Of a stretch of DNA of 64,000 nt, positions 62,301 through 64,000 are shown in pieces. The stretch comes from Moniliella sp. 'wahieum' (taxonomy: Eukaryota). The notes beneath the pieces were generated by a model that made no database searches, was not told the origin of the DNA, and saw nothing but the letters and a program-made list of their open reading frames with translations. Location of the stretch: contig RSEE01000004.1 in the NCBI GenBank assembly GCA_003971905.1, positions 186,001 to 250,000 on the forward strand, in the 5' to 3' direction. The position numbers were made by a program, and so were the translations under genes. Each line of letters begins with the position of its first letter. Position 1 is the stretch's first letter.

Positions 62301-62743
62301 CTTGGGTGGCACGCTGTTTGTCTACCTGCACGAGGCTGCCGTCGACGGCACGCCGGACGAGCGCGACATGGCCATGACGTTTGTCACCTTTGTTTCCCTC
62401 GACTTGATCACGGCGGTGCAGTGCCGCGGGCTTCACGTGGGTCTGTTTGCCAACCGGGTAATGACCATCACCCTCTCCGTGTCGTATGTGGTGCTGGGCG
62501 CGTTGATCTACTTCCCCCCGCTCCAAGCCATCTTCCAAACCATCCGCTCTCGTTCCCCGACCTGTTGTATGGGCGGGCCTGACCGGCATCACGTTTGCTC
62601 TGCACGGCGTGCGCCGCAACCTGCAACGCAAGCGTGAAGCCAGCCTCGACCTCGCGCCATGGGAGGCCCAGGTCGCTTGAGGCACGCACCTGCCACCTGG
62701 TGAGGCGAGTGCAGCAACCTCCCCGGAGCACCTGAGCACCTAA
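59346..62743 (+). CDS. PMR1: P-type IIA secretory-pathway Ca2+/Mn2+ ATPase (SPCA/Pmr1); frameshifted
   Basis: [72 protein letters not shown]...DGPPA. Confidence 0.95.
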
Positions 62744-63737
62744 GCCCAACCAACTCTACCCTTCCACATGGCATGCTCCTTCCCTTTCATCTGCTTGATT
62801 TCTTATGGACCGACCCTTTTTGCTGTGGGGGCCCTGCCCTCTTTTCTCTTGCTTTGCCATCTGGGCCCCCGTCCAGATTCTCATCTGGACCGTTTATGCT
62901 AGGCGTGCTCTCGTTGGATGTTTGCCTGCACACCGCAAGACAGTACCTACCACTAATCCTCATCAGCATCAGTCTCTCTCATTCATCTTGACCCCGGGCT
63001 TGGGGTTGGGGGTTGGGTTGGGTTGGGCGACCGCGGCTACGTAGTGTTGTAGGGCAGAGCGAAGGTCGGAGGGGGGAAATGTGGTGGAGGTGTCATAAGT
63101 GTATAGGTTTTTGCACGGCCAGGAAATCAGTTTGGCTAAAGCGGACACGAACGCCACAGGAATGGCGTTGATGACCTCGATGGCCGGTCACGTCGGTCAC
63201 GCGGGGACTGGCCACTGTTATAGGGCTGTGAAGATGGTACTTCCCTAGACAAGAACGCTCTGCGAAGCTAGCACCGAGCCATGGCTCTGTCTTCTTGCCG
63301 GTACTTTCTTGCCGTCCGAGTAATGGAATCTAAATCTACTGTGGTCGCTTCCCCTCTTTTGTATGCCCTCCACGACTGCCACCGCTTCTACTCTAGTAAT
63401 ACGGTTGGTTCACCGTTTACCGTGTACCGTGCACCGACATCTGTGCTCGTGATCAGCTAGCTCGCCATCTCTTCTTTCAGTCAATCGGGGCCATTTGATT
63501 GAAGTCAGTGGGCCATGGCACGACACAACCGATTGCTCGGTCGTATGCGCAGTCTCAGGACTGGGAGAAGCAGGGAACAGAAGGAGGATCGGGGGGGCCA
63601 GTTGACCAATCAAAGTGCACAGAAACAAAACGTGAACAGCTAGGTGTGGGGGGGGGTCAGTTAGATGCGAAAGAAGGTTGGTTCGCTCGACAAGGAAAGA
63701 AAAGTGGGCGGATAGAACAGAGTCCAGGGGGAAGAAG

Positions 63738-63781
63738 AACAGGAACAGAACAGACAGAACAAAACAGAACAGAACAGAACA
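63738..63781. repeat. (ACAGA)n pentanucleotide microsatellite
   Basis: aacaggaacagaacagacagaacaaaacagaacagaacagaacaa. Confidence 0.8.
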
Positions 63782-64000
63782 AGCCGAGGCATAAGGGGCC
63801 AGGCGCAAGGCGCACGCTTCAACTTTTACTTGATCGTGCTGCCCGAGGCACCCAAAGATGAAGGCCGCGCTGGAACGGGAGAATGGGAGAAAGGAAGCCC
63901 GAACTCTTGCCCATCGGCTGGGCCAAGTTGAAATCCGATTCGCGCAAGAGGGGGGTCGACTTGCCCGTGGCCAAACCGTACTGGGCGCACGGAAACGCAT

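Noticed and set aside
32328..62743. Mass pseudogenisation of housekeeping genes
   Set aside because: Residue conservation is high and the lesions are single-base indels typical of unpolished long reads.
63858..64000. Start of a gene (MKAALERENGRKEARTL...)
   Set aside because: Only ~47 codons before the window edge, with no recognisable motif.

Overview
GC-rich, intron-poor fungal genomic DNA from a basidiomycete, probably Ustilaginomycotina (inference). The assembly looks unpolished: nearly every gene, including eIF4A, PMR1 and ARPC5, has 1-bp frameshifts, so CDS ends are approximate reconstructions across frames. About 21 protein genes can be read: an FHA/tail-anchor protein, an SSUH2-like Zn finger, an acyltransferase-3-like gene divergent from a processive GT2, F-box, DCAF4-like WD40, mS35/Rsm24, a tandem HMG-box protein, G3BP/Bre5-like, eIF4A, p24-alpha, WDR83, RAD18, an RRM protein, ARPC5, GH32, Rds1-like, a Mid2-like membrane protein, PMR1 and hypotheticals. 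There is also an intron-containing tRNA-Pro(AGG) and two 5'-truncated fragments of an RLE-type non-LTR retrotransposon. The most unusual signal is non-coding. Upstream intergenic regions are full of 7-bp-periodic units (A-x-y-y'-x'-T-N)n, i.e. palindromic hexamers joined through T-N-A. At least 13 of the 16 possible cores are used, and different cores are chained in one 7-bp register. One retrotransposon copy carries an exact +7-bp insertion of this type relative to its in-frame sibling. This suggests an active, sequence-specific insertion or footprint process rather than ordinary microsatellites.
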